DNA of 64,000 bases, from NCBI GenBank assembly GCA_051362555.1, contig CM120640.1, forward strand, positions 63,032,788 through 63,096,787, written 5' to 3'. The stretch comes from Lingula anatina (taxonomy: Eukaryota > Animalia > Brachiopoda). Positions 1 through 16,503 of the stretch are shown here, one piece after another; within the stretch, counting starts at the first letter, position 1, and every line of letters begins with the position of its first letter. The translations under genes were made by a program, and so were the position numbers. Under the pieces are notes generated by a model. It saw nothing but the letters and a program-made list of their open reading frames with translations, was not told the DNA's origin and did no database searches.

Positions 1-306
1 TAAGATATTTAAATATTAAGTAGACTTCCTTGGGAGCTAAAAAGATAAGAAAGGACAAGCCAGGAGGACAGTAATAAAATGCCTTATTTCCCTCTTTATG
101 ACAATTAGAAACCATTTTAACTACATGCTCATTATTACTCTTAAATCAAAACACATCACATTCTGTATTACACTTGCCTATTTTACATTTTTTATTTGGC
201 TCTCAACCCCATAATTACTTTATTTAACTTTTCAACAATTACTAGTTTTGATTCTGATGTTCAGCTTAATTATGTAAAATGATTAAGCCTGTGGAAACAA
301 CCTTAC

Positions 307-3300
307 TTTTCCTCGGTTTGTAATATTTCATGAAACCCACAAACGCCTTCAACCTGATCTTGTCAGGATGCTGAAAGGAAATAAAAAATGTTGCAAAATG
401 AAGAACCAGAAAGAAAAAGTTCAATTATCAACCAAAATGAATATGATCTTTAAAATAATGTGAAAATATGTTCCACTTCAAGATTTTTGTTTCAAATTTC
501 CCTAAGGGCAAATGACAAAAAAAGAATGTAATGTCAAAAAAAATAAAATAAATAAAAGACTGTTACTGGTAAATTAATTAATGCAAAAGGAAAGGGGGGG
601 GGGGGGTTGAACCCGATGTTTCTCAAGATTGATACAATTTTGGAATCAAATGTATATCTAAAACATTTAAATGATCAACATTTTCATTGCATGCAGTCTT
701 TTTACAGTTGGATTTAAGGCCAACTGCTTGTAAAAAAATACTCACTTTTTTGGTCACCAGGAGCTTAAAAGCATATTCACATGCTTTCCTTTTGTGCATA
801 TATAGTTTCTTCAACTTGGTCTTTTCTATTGTATTGAATGTATCATACACCACAGCTAGCAACTGCAAATAAAATGTATAAAATGTGCATTTACTTCTTA
901 AAGCTTCAAAAATAGCATAAACAATTGCTTATACCATGACCAAATACAAAAATATTCATCAATGTTATTAAAATAATGGTAAAATTTGAAAAAAATGATG
1001 AGAGTACTATATGAACAGTGCTTCAAGTTGTAATAGTTATAGCACTGCAGCCCAGTTACTCACCAGACTCATTAGAAAATACAGCTCTATAGACAAATAT
1101 ACCACAAAAAACAGGCAAGACCATTTGGACTGGGCATAAGATGGCATCATCACATCTGGATAACTGGAATCAAAGGTCCGTAATTCTTAATCAAAACATT
1201 CCGTAACCCAACATATTAACATTGGGTAAAAATATTTTTAATTGGCAAAATGGTTATCAATTAATAAATTTCAATTTATTTAAAAATGCAAAAAATCACT
1301 TTCTGATTTGATTTCCTAAAATCGCAACTTACTTTGCTGTTGTTAAAAGTACAAACAAGCTTATAAAACTACTCTGTATAGTCTTGAAAAACTGAAAGAA
1401 AAAATATGCACCTTTTATTATCATTTCTTAAAAGGATGTTTTTAAAAATTATTCTAAATCACTACATATTTTTCAGAGTTACTGACACCAATGTATACTA
1501 AAAATAAAAATGCGCTATTGACAATATCATCAGTTCAGATTTAATACTTTTTAACGGACTTTCTTCATATTAGTTTACATTTTTTAAAAAATTAGGGTAT
1601 ATATGCTGTTATAACATATGGTAAATAACCTACCGGATCATCTGGATTGGTTGAAAACAAGTAAAATCCTAAAATATGACAAATATTTATCAAGTAATAA
1701 TAAAACAAAAGTAATAATTCTGAGATCCAGAATTATCAATAAATAAATTTTTAAAAAGCTATTGAAAAAACTATGTGTTTACTCCTTAAAGATGATACCA
1801 TTTATTCTGTACAGCATACAACAGCTATTTACCAAATCAACAATAGCATTTTAATGTATTAACAGTGGTAAATATAAACCATACTTACCTAATATTGAAA
1901 ATATCAACATAAAAAATAACAACAGTGCTATCATGTCTAAAATTGGAGGCAAGGACTGTAAAATCTGCCGCACAAACCTGAAACATTATTTGCACCAAAT
2001 GTATTCATAGTCTATGTCACGAAGACTTCAACACAGATAGCTTAGTTAAAATTAATCTTATATCCCACTCTGCTTTTAACATTGTCCTAGCATGGAGTCT
2101 AACGACTGATATTATCCTGGGTCAATGTGTGCTGAATAAACCACCACTTACCTTCTAACACCTCTTGCATAATGCGAGTCTAAAAGAAATAGTGGTCTGA
2201 GAGCCCGTGTCACTCGGAAATGATTGCTCTGTCTACTAAGTACTACTATTGCCTCAGTAAACATAAGAAATAAAAGCAAGGTCTGAAACAAACAAAATAA
2301 TAATAATAAAACATCTTTAAAATAATCTTTTTCTCCAATAAGACCCCAATTTTCCAGTTATTCTTTACATTGCTATAGATTCATATTTTTGGGTTGCTCC
2401 TTCATGCTACTGGCTCTTTAACATCTTATGATTACAAGAGAGGTCAAAATGTTACCCACCTTGAACAAGGTCCTCTTATGACTGAAAAATGTTTTCACTC
2501 CCTGCCATCGCAATTTGAGTCCAAGCTCAACTGACAGCAAGGCCAAACCAAACAGCTCCAATGAAGCATGGGCCTGAAATTAAAAAAAAAATAAGCAAAT
2601 AAAAATTTTCAAAAAAAAAACTTCCATTTGATAACTTGTGAGTAAATTTAACTACTCAGTCTATTTTTGTAATGCATGAATGTACATCTTCATATAATTC
2701 TAGTTATATCTAATATATATAAAGATGAAGGCTTAAAAAAATAAGTGCTAAAAATGATGAAAAAAAATAATAGTACAGACAAAACAAACCACTTACACCA
2801 ATTGGTAGCTTCAGAAAAGGCACTGCAGGGGATTCACAAAAAATAAGCCCCAACAAAAGTAATGATGCCAACAGGTCCATTAAGTAATACCACTTGTTAT
2901 GAGCAAGGGCGTATGCTGGAAGAGCATCAAAAGTCCTAGGGTGTGTTTTAAACTTGTCATTGTTGATGCCTTCTTCAAGAAAAATGGCAGCTTCCTGATA
3001 GTTATATTGCCATAGAACTTTTTGCTGACGAACAGAATTAAGTTCTCTTTCTGAACTAGAAGGGTTTTCGGGAATTATACCCCCTGATTCATAGAATTCA
3101 TCAAATTCTGAAAAAAAAATCAAAGTTTAGAAAATATTTTAGTTTCATGAAAAGACAATAATGAAGTCAAATTTCTAATAAAGCATTAAAAATCAAATGA
3201 TTGAAAGTAATAATTGAAATATTAATAAAAAACAACGGTTTCATCATTAAATTTAATCCCTAAAATAATACTTCTTCAAAGCTTTTCATGGATATATTAA

Positions 3301-4962
3301 CACATACAAGTATCATATATAGACAACATATTATACATTATACAATAGATCTAATCTCCACATCACAATAATGTATATGAATTATCAAGCAGCTGGTAAT
3401 ATTTTTAAAAATTATCATTCACTGTTATTATGGCGCATTATTGTTATTATCAAATATATTACTTCCACCAAGAGGGTAAGTCGTCTTCTGTAGTTTGCTG
3501 TTTTATATGAGTAAAAGCGAACATGATCAGTTACTACCGTGGAAGTATGTCATTAATGATATTAGATAACCTAATAGTGCACATAATAAGTTACTTTCTT
3601 CTATCTGCAAGAGATAGGTTTATTCTCTACCAGGGCTATAGATAATTTTTTCACTAGATATTCATAGACATTTCTCTGGCTAATTCGCAACTGAATAATA
3701 TAACATTCACTACTCAGGCACTGCCACTTGACAATTTCCTCAGCAACTCTTGATGACAGCTCTGATATATACTGCTTGCTACTGAAGGATATGACATCCT
3801 AGCCACGACTTAGTGCCAGACAGATAAGAGAAGACAGATTGTGTAATAAGTGTTTACCACACTGGTACTCATTGGATTTGCTAGTGGTGCTTGAACCAAA
3901 AAATGTACTCTCATGGGCAGAAATAATTGGTTCCACCTGATATTTAGCACAGAGAACTGACGAGAGTGTATAGAATTGATGTCATCACTCAGTTAGCCTC
4001 TGATAGATAGCAGATTATTAAATTATAGTAGATTATATTTAGTGTAGATTATTAAAGATACACTCTATGGGTTTGAGAATGAGTTTGAATCTCCCCAAAT
4101 GCTTATTTTTGCTATCCAACTTCTCATAAGACCTTAATACACCTTAAAAAATTATCTAATTTTTTATTGGAGTGTGTCTGATGTTGATATTTCCATCAGA
4201 GCTTAGGAAGACGGTCCCTGGTAATGACTGGCCAGTCATTTCAAACTAAAAAAACAACCTTTATAAATTCAAGTAAAGCTCTATTCCAAGTGAAGAGAGG
4301 GATAGGTAAATGATTTGTGAGTATGATAAAAATTGCTTATTTCCTCGGGAAAATCCATTCTGGTGGGTAAATCCCATGATGTCGCCCTTCAACCTTGAAA
4401 TAATTTTGTGTTTTTTGTTCTACAGTGAAAGTCGGCCAAGTGGTTATTTATTTAATAATTAAGCCAAGTAGATACTTCAAGTTCCACTCATGCTATAACA
4501 ACAGATCATTAGCCCACAAATTATCATGGTTATCACAAACATGATGGGAAAGCAGCGCAGAAGGGGTCAGTTGCGGATTTTGTTTTTGCAACAACTAAAA
4601 TACCCTGCTAGTAAGGAGATATATTCCTGCGTAAACACCCTCAAGACCGCTCCTTCACTGCCTTGCTATCAGTTTTTGGCCTAACATGCCAGGTACTTAA
4701 ATGTACCACGTAGCATGTTAGGCCGAAAAGTGAGGCAACACTAAAAAGTCTGCCAAGAGGCAATGCTCCTCTGACAGTGTGACAGTGATATCTTGCGTCA
4801 CTTGATTCTTAATACCATTTTTTTAATACAAAGAACGATTTCAAAAGTTCTCGATAACGTATCTGTTGACATGTACTATAACTCTGCAAGCATACCTGTG
4901 TTGGATGGTCGGCGGTTTCGTGTACTGTCAGTGTCCTGTATGAGACTGTCTTCGTCCGCCAT
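307..4962 (-). CDS. TPCN1: Two-pore channel 1, 5' part (gene continues off the left edge)
   Basis: Phase-consistent GT-AG exons 4896-4962, 2797-3107, 2460-2573, 2152-2282, 1889-1977, 1634-1668, 1333-1391, 1064-1163, 746-862, 307-370. Translation includes MADEDSLI (acidic dileucine-type motif), [37 protein letters not shown] (S4), [29 protein letters not shown] (pore) and LLAVVYDTF, all typical of TPC1. Confidence 0.95.
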
Positions 4963-4980
4963 AACGTGTTTACCTCTGAA

Positions 4981-5210
4981 CTCTCGCGAGAGTTTTCGTG
5001 AATACAGAACTTGGAAACCGGAAAATAGTTCTAATATTGAAATATTATACCGCTTTATATAAGAAACTACTGTAAAAGTCGGTTCATTTTGTTTTGTTTA
5101 CAAAATTTAATAAATGTTAGTTATATTATATTAACATAATACAACATAAACTTAATATAGGGAAAATATTTAACTAACTCTAAGAACTAATTGTTGCTAG
5201 GGGGCAGCGC
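4981..5210. promoter_or_regulatory. Bidirectional promoter region between TPCN1 and IQCD
   Basis: Divergent ATGs at 4962 (-) and 5421 (+). Perfect palindrome CTCTCGCGAGAG at 4981-4992 (TCTCGCGAGA/BANP-type motif), ETS-like CCGGAA near 5018 and an RFX-like half site GTTGCTAGG at 5193-5201. Confidence 0.6.
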
Positions 5211-5420
5211 AATACTTCCATACAAACAGAATTGTAAGCCGTTACACTGACAGACACCATCAAAACAGTAAGTCACACAGGACTCGCACGTATATTGAAG
5301 TCAATTTCCCAAAAATACTAAAGGGGAGATCAGGAAGACTGTTAAGATTGTCTTCTACGTTCTATTGAATTCAAAGGATTATACTCTAGAAAGAACTGAC
5401 TTTCTACGAAGACAGAAATC

Positions 5421-7345
5421 ATGGCAACCTCTGTTGTAGAACTCCAACAGTTGAGCAACCAGGAGACCATTCATATGCGCTTGCAGGCTCCTGGCAGAGC
5501 AACATCTCCTCCAAAACCGTTTAAGAAAGGAAAAATCAAGCTCGACCCATTGCGGGCTTTGGAACCCGCACGAAAGAAGTTGACAACAGTTGAAGCACAA
5601 CGTGTTATGGCCGTTCTAGAAGATACAAGGAAGCGCATTGAACTAGTTTCATATTTACCTTTCATAATCGACGATTTAGATAGATTCAGTGTCATGTTTG
5701 GATCCGACCTATTAGAGCTTTTTCGAACCCACAAAGCAACACAGGAATCATATAATGAACTAAGAGCCAGCCTCGGTGACCTACTGGACAGAAAAGAAAG
5801 GGCTGATAGCCCTGCAGGGTCACAGAGGCGAGGTAGTGCAGCCAGTGTGAGGAGCAACGCCTCGGTCACCAGTGTTGATGACAAAATTGATTCCTCTACA
5901 AGACACTTGCAGTTGGTTGAAAAACAGCTGCGGCATTCAGTTAAGAACATTCTTAGGTCGCTTGCCACAAATCCAGGGGCAGCCCGTGCAATCCAAGAGT
6001 TAAAGGTTGAGAGACCACAACATGTTTCCACAATGATGCAAGCTCTGTCTGAATTAAGAGACATTATCATGGAAAAACTGCTCACAACTCCAGTTGAAGA
6101 GCAGGAAAAGAAACAGTATCTTACACAAGTGACACACCAAGAAAGGCAGAACGCAGTGCTGATTGAGCAGTTGGAAGGAGAATTGAATGTTGCTCTGGAA
6201 GATAAAGATGCAGAGGTATTATTTTATTGGGATTAATGTATAGTACTGTTTAAATTGAAGTCTAGTTTTGGTTTTATTTTGTACATAAAATGGACTAATA
6301 AATGCAAAAAAAAAAAAAAAAAATGAAATTTGGGCTTTGAAATCAATCTGAAATATAAACCTTGACAAAAATGACATTATTTATTACAAAAACGTTGACT
6401 TTCTTTCAGGTAAAAAAGAAGAATGATGTCATAAGAAGACTGCAAGCAGATCTGCATCAAATTGAAAAGTTTTCTGATGAACACATAAAGAGAACAAAAT
6501 CTGAGGCAGAAAAACAGGAATCTGCAGATCAGAAGAACAGTGAAGGAAAGCAGGCTAAGCTTCAGCAAGAGGTCAGCACACTGCGGACACAGCTGCAGAA
6601 CCTCATATCAGAGCACAAAGAAAGTGAACAGAATTTGAGAGGGGTGAGTAGGGCATCAAATGAATAAATATCAATTGAAATTATCAAAAAATAAACAAAA
6701 TAATAAATCTCACGTAAAGCTTAGAGAATGTAACAAAGCGTATTTTTGGTTTAAATATTTTTTTTAATTGAAGAAAAATGAAAAGGTATTTGAATCTGAA
6801 GCTTAAAACTTTATTATTTTCTCAACAGAAAAAATTCAAACTTGAAACTGAAGTGGAAAACTGGATCCAAAGATATGATACAGACATGGGAGACAGACAG
6901 GTATAGCAGATTAGGATGCAACATACAATTTTACACAGATTTTAAGGAAAAATTTTGAAAATATTATTTTCATTTGTAAAAAGGCAAATCAAAATTTATT
7001 GTTGAAAGTAACTTTATCTTATCATGTAGTACTTGCAGTAAAGGATGATTAATATCTTAAATAATTTTTTAGTCCCAGTTCGAAGAGATGGATACCAGAT
7101 ACACAGAGGAAAAGAAGCAGTTGCACGAGCTGGAAGAGAGGTTCACAACTCTAGAAACAGAATACAAACAGATCCAGGAAGAGCGCAGAATTGCACGTGA
7201 AAAACGAGAAGCAGCAGAACGTGAAATGCAAATGATGATCAAGGGGGCCACAACCATTCAAGCATTCTGGAGGTCGTACAAAGTACGAAAAGCCCTCAAG
7301 TCCAAGAAGAAGGGAAAAGGAAAGGGAAAGAAAGGAAAGAAATAA
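5421..7345 (+). CDS. IQCD: Dynein regulatory complex protein 10 (IQ domain-containing protein D), about 457 aa
   Basis: Exons 5421-6215, 6410-6643, 6829-6900, 7073-7345, all phase 0. Motifs EPARKKLTTVEAQRVMAVL, EKLLTTPVEE, KFKLETEVENWIQRYDTDM, a long coiled coil, C-terminal IQ motif ATTIQAFWRSYKVRK and a Lys/Gly tail. Confidence 0.93.
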
Positions 7346-7779
7346 TAACTTTGCCATTGTACTCCTAGTCTTTTTATTCCTGGAAATACCTGAAGACTTA
7401 TTGATTCCAATGTTTGTAATTTTGACAGATGTAGGGTTGATTATTTACAATACAATGTACATAAGGAGTGTTTACCTTTGATGAATGTATGGACGTTCAT
7501 TAAAGTGGCATCAACTTACACAAGTATTAAACAAAGCAACTGTGCTGTAAATTATGTATTATATATAAAGAAAAAAATTATTACATTGGAAACACAGATA
7601 ACATGTAATTAATAAAATGAAGAATGCTGTCTAAATTTTTTTATTAATAAAAATTGTAATTTTGACCAAATATATGCTCTGGTGTTGGTTTACATAATTT
7701 AAAATTATGATAAAATGCTTACTGTTGAAACAACAATAAACAACTACAAATCATAAAATCAAATAAATAAACCAAATAC

Positions 7780-8400
7780 TCTTGGGTCAGAGAGGTGATA
7801 CATCTGGTATGTACCATCAGCTAGGGTAGGCACATTGAAATGGATAATAAATGGAATTATAATTTTGACATATACATGTAATGACTGACACAAACCTTGG
7901 AAATGCATCAGCTGACCCCAAACTTGAGCAGTACTAGGAGACCTCATATATATATATCTACCTAAATTAAATTGCAAAGTTCTATGAACTTTGGAAATTG
8001 TAGTCAAAACAAGGCAGTAAAGCTGCAAAATGTGCAAAATAAAAAGGTGCACAAAATAATATTACATAACACTAAACTACGTGATCACCAGCAATTTTTA
8101 ATCACGTATCCATGTCAGTGTGGACATTCAAAAGATGTCACCAAAACAGGGTTTCGGGTCAGAGTGTACATAAAAATTTTTCATTTAAACTTTTTATCTC
8201 CCATTTGACCTTGAAAATGGGTCAAGCAAAGTTGAAATCTCCAGACACTTTCCTTTTCAACATTACCCTCTTTTTTAGTTACATGTACTAGTACAGAGAT
8301 ATCACACTTTATAAAATTATATCTTAATTTGATAGGACCTCCGTTCATTTTTTATTACGTTATTGAAAAAAATCTAATTAAAATCCAAGGAGTGATCTGT
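7780..8400 (-). mobile_element. Degenerate relic related to the Helentron at 59678-62590
   Basis: GGTCAGAGAGGTGATAC..TGTACCATCAGCT (7786-7823) resembles GATCAGAGAGGCGATAC..TGTACCACCAGCT near 59685-59727. TGACCCCAAA and CCATTTGACCTTGAA...GGTCAA also match that element in the same order. Boundaries approximate. Confidence 0.55.
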
Positions 8401-8563
8401 AATTATTCACCCAAACCATAAATTTGTTCAAAACACTAAGCATAACTGAAAACATACAAAAGTTTTTTTCCTATTCTACATTTAAAACATTACAACATAA
8501 GCTACAAATTAGTTCAAAAAGTCAATTAAAATGTAAAGAGTGCATCTACACTTATGGACTGTG

Positions 8564-9167
8564 TTATTCCTTGAGATCATATTCCGAGTATTTTTTACTG
8601 GATCCATACACTACATGTGCAGGGTACTTCTTTTTGTTCATTTCTATTTTTTCCAATGCTGCAGCTGGCAAGTCAATATGGCACCTTTCACTTAATCGAA
8701 CAAGGTAAATCAACACATCACTGAGCTCCTGTGCTAGATGTTTTTTGTCTTTTTCTGACCAATCTGAAATACAAAAAAACTGTCAAATAAAATTGTATTT
8801 ACTGTGCATGCCTGTATGGCTCATTATGTGAATATGTTACATAACAGTGGTAAATATTACATTCAACAAGATATGTTATGTCATCACATCTGCACCCTTG
8901 TAGTTTCATATTTTCATCTGACTTTTAAAACCTGCACTTTCCTCCTTTCAAAATAAAATTAACTAAATTTCAAGCAAGGGAAACATTTTAAAGGAAAAAT
9001 TCATGATATAATGAAAATCACCTGGCAATCCTTCTTTTACTTCACCTCTCCACTGACTGCAAAAAGGATGAATGAAATAACACCTTAAAAAATGTCACCT
9101 ATTACTTCTATATTTCCCTCAAAATATAAACATACACTAAGCAATGTAATTTAAACTGTATTAGCAC

Positions 9168-9223
<56 letters not shown>

Positions 9224-9977
9224 ACTATGTGTGCTAATGTAGCTGGCAGATACCAAATATATATATGTGTAAACAAATGTAGCAAGAAGTGTTTTTCAAA
9301 AGAGATTTACACATTTGTTTACTTAAAAAATAGTACCCTCGATAACATTTTTTAAAAATCTATTTTGTTGTGACATGCTCTAATACATATGCAGACTTAA
9401 CTTTTGAGCTGAGTACATGTATTTAAACAAATAAACACACAAACAAACTTACAATAACTCTGACACTTCCCCTACTTCTCCTACCATGGCCAAAAGTATA
9501 TTTCTTGGGGTGTGAAATTGGTCCCAGTTCCTTTCTTTACAAAACTCGTGCTGTACCTTTCGTCTTCAGTTTAAATAATAATAATAAATAATGAAATTAG
9601 CGATAATAACATGTATTAAAGGAAACTGATAAAGATTCAAAATCTAGACATTTTATTCAAATAAATAAAGCTATGTTAACATGTTTAAGTACCTGTACAT
9701 GCCTTAAAAATTTTAATTTGTGAGCTGAATGCAGCTTTGTCCCGCCTGTACATGTACTTTTTCGACAAGTGTTAACTTATTGAAGTAAATCATGTATATC
9801 ATCCCAGTACCACAGAAGTAGAGAAAGTGGCTTTCTCTACTTCTATGCCAGTACGTACATGTCATCTAATGTTGGTTTGTCACTAAAACTAAATTCTCCT
9901 GTGTCGGCAACGTTAATCTGACCATCAGATCCGTCTCCGCACTGCAATTTCTGTTTTTTAGCGTCAGGCGAATTCAT
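8564..9977 (-). CDS. DCTPP1: dCTP pyrophosphatase 1 (MazG-like all-alpha NTP-PPase), about 154 aa
   Basis: Exons 9859-9977, 9453-9563, 9022-9056, 8564-8763. Translation includes ERNWDQFHTPRNILLAMVGEVGEVSELFQW and QELSDVLIYLVRLSERCHIDLP...KIEMNKKKYP. Confidence 0.95.
9171..9219. repeat. (TA)n microsatellite
   Basis: Read directly from the sequence. Confidence 0.95.
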
Positions 9978-10065
9978 CGTATCACGTAAAAATCTCCCGC
10001 GACCAGTGTGTTGACTTCCGTTCAGTCTCGTTTTGCAGATAAATCCCATGATGCATTGCAGCAAC
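9978..10065. promoter_or_regulatory. 88-bp bidirectional promoter between DCTPP1 and NDUFS8
   Basis: Contains ACTTCCG (ETS/GABP-like, 10014-10020), TCCCATGATGCATTGCA (ZNF143/Staf-like, 10044-10060), TCTCCCGCG (E2F-like, about 9993-10001) and AACATGGC (YY1-like, overlapping the NDUFS8 ATG). Confidence 0.65.
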
Positions 10066-14168
<4,103 letters not shown>

Positions 14169-14307
14169 ACCAATGGCTTGAATAGATACTTATACTAGCA
14201 AACATTTGTGTGAAAAACTTACTGTATGGTTGCTGCAGTACAGTGTTTTTTTTTCTTAAACTCTGTGAGGTATTTCAATAAGAAAAATGACCAGCACTCC
14301 CTAACTG

Positions 14308-14311
<4 letters not shown>

Positions 14312-14365
<54 letters not shown>
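14312..14365. repeat. (TA)n microsatellite in the NDUFS8 3' region
   Basis: Read directly. It lies between the stop codon and an AATAAA near 14488. Confidence 0.95.
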
Positions 14366-14370
<5 letters not shown>

Positions 14371-14582
14371 ACTGCCAAAGTAGGCTACACTTCTGGATTT
14401 TTGTTCAGCAGCACTCGGTACTTTTGTATCAACTATGTTGTTCCTCTGGGAATTTTAGGCCAATGCTATGTTGCAGACTTTCTTTTAAATAAAAACATTG
14501 CACAATCTTTCATTTAAGGAAACTTGTCGTTCTTTATTCTTGTTTTGCAACAGAACTTAAAGTGAACATGGTATAAGCTTAA

Positions 14583-14907
14583 AGGGATAATAACTTTGTT
14601 TTGGCAAAAAAATGAATTTTCACAGAGTAAACAACAATTTTCCCATACTAACCAATGGTAAACGAATCCATTTCTACATTCAAACTTAGTCCCTAGTTTT
14701 TTTCTAAAAAGTTTGGTTTTATGTTATAATCTCTGAAGAGATTATTACAAAGTATAGTCATATATGGAGGTCAAGTGGTCTGATGACAAGCTCAGATATC
14801 AGAGTAATAGTTATAACTGCCGTTTTTGTGGTAAAACATATTTCTATGAGTTGTTTACAATGTTTTTATTGTGAAATATAGATCTCACACGAAGAGTTAT
14901 TATCCCT
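14583..14907. mobile_element. TTAA-flanked MITE (Kolobok-like), copy 1
   Basis: TTAA|AGGGATAATAACT ... AGTTATTATCCCT|TTAA. A closely similar copy lies at 49980-50317. Confidence 0.85.
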
Positions 14908-16018
14908 TTAAAGAAAAAAAAAACATTTGCCATTGTATATCGTACTAGAATCGGTAAGTTTTAGAGTATTACTGTGGGCTTCTCTACGCAGCAGATGTGA
15001 ATCGTCAGTGCCAACATGGGATGGCGTGTTTGTACTGGTTTGAGGGGAGTTTAAAATGGACTGAAATTCACGATGTGCTGGAATCAATGTTCTTTTAAAA
15101 TAGGATAATTGTACATGATAGACGTTTTTGCCTTGCAAAGTGACAGGAGTAAGACCAAGTAAGTGCTAGATCTCTTAAAAAATGATTCCTTGTACGGAAA
15201 TACGTGTGAAAATTTCATTTAGTGGGAATGGGTACTAGTCTTGTGCAACGTCTACTTTTACACATATCGGTAAAATATAAAAAATAAACATTTATCTATA
15301 AGATAAGTTACGTTTTTTAAAGATTATTTGTGGTTAAATCTACGACCACTGTTAATTATCAGGCGCTTTATCTTAAAAGATAATTTGATGTCTATTTATT
15401 ACATAAGTTCTTGATGTATGTGCACGACACTGTCACCATCTCTCTTTCACTGCTACATTTGCCCAAGGACAGTCGCACCTAAATGACGTTAGAATTGCCT
15501 TGTTATAAACTGTAGTATATGGCGATTTTATAGCATTGCAGTGTCGCCTTATCTGTTGTCGCTAGTTAATATGTAACTTTTCAACTACGCATTGTTGTCA
15601 CGTGCACTGAAACTGTCATCAGACTAGAAGTGACCTTTATTTATATGCACAGTAAAGCGTGTTGTTTTAGGTCATAGTTATCAGATTGTTGGGAACATTT
15701 TGCATATTTCACCGGCCACATTGCGAAGAGTTCTTTTTTGACGAACTGTACGAAATCCAACACAATTGACGGGGAGTTAAAGGCAAGTGTAAATTTGCGA
15801 ACTAGTGTTAAACTCGCTAGCAACACCACACATGTAGTTAATAACTATTCGTATTGTGTGCTTTATATTATACATTAACTCCTACTCTCTGACCTCAGGA
15901 TGTGCTTGCAGAGTTTTACAAAATTATTGTATAGCGTACTTTATGTTTGTATACTATTTTAGAGGCACCTGATATCAGAGGATAGTTAATGCAATTTCTG
16001 TGGTAAGGATAAAGGCAA

Positions 16019-16052
<34 letters not shown>

Positions 16053-16503
16053 CATTCAGTGGGGTTTCAGACAGTCATGCCGGAAAAGCGTGTACCCCCC
16101 CCTCAAAGATATTTGACTATGATAATACGTGTACATCGCAACTGCTGACGTCGCCTTGATTTCAACCCGCTCCGAAGTCTGTACTTCTGTACTATCAGAA
16201 TTATATTATCTTGGTGCCTTGTCTTTATATATGTTCGTACATGTACGTTATCAATACGATGGAGAACAAATACAGCACTTCCGTGCTGTTTGAAAAGAAA
16301 TGACCTGATTTGAGAGGATTTTAATATATGAAACGTTATGTGAATCTTTTTGTGAGCCTTTTTCTTTTCTGGGAGGAATGGAAGGTGGGAATTACATGTA
16401 GATTTGCCATTTCACTTTTAAAATGCACCCCCATTCGTTTATGGCATCTGTATATATATTCTGTTCTATGGTTAATATTTAGGAAAGGTCACTACTTTCA
16501 TAG

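Noticed and set aside
3700-4010. Possible extra TPCN1 exon in intron 1
   Set aside because: The candidate splice sites I tried introduce stops in the required phase, and exons 1 and 2 already join in frame.
5471-6085. 204-aa minus-strand ORF
   Set aside because: Antisense shadow of IQCD exon 1, with no recognisable motif.
14226-14492. ORFs with YIYIYI runs (also 24125-24500 and 35548-36150)
   Set aside because: These are translations of (TA)n microsatellites.
15597-15607. GTCACGTGCAC CLEAR/E-box-like motif upstream of CTR1
   Set aside because: Single short motif with the TSS unknown. I also did not spot a TGCRCNC metal-response element next to it.
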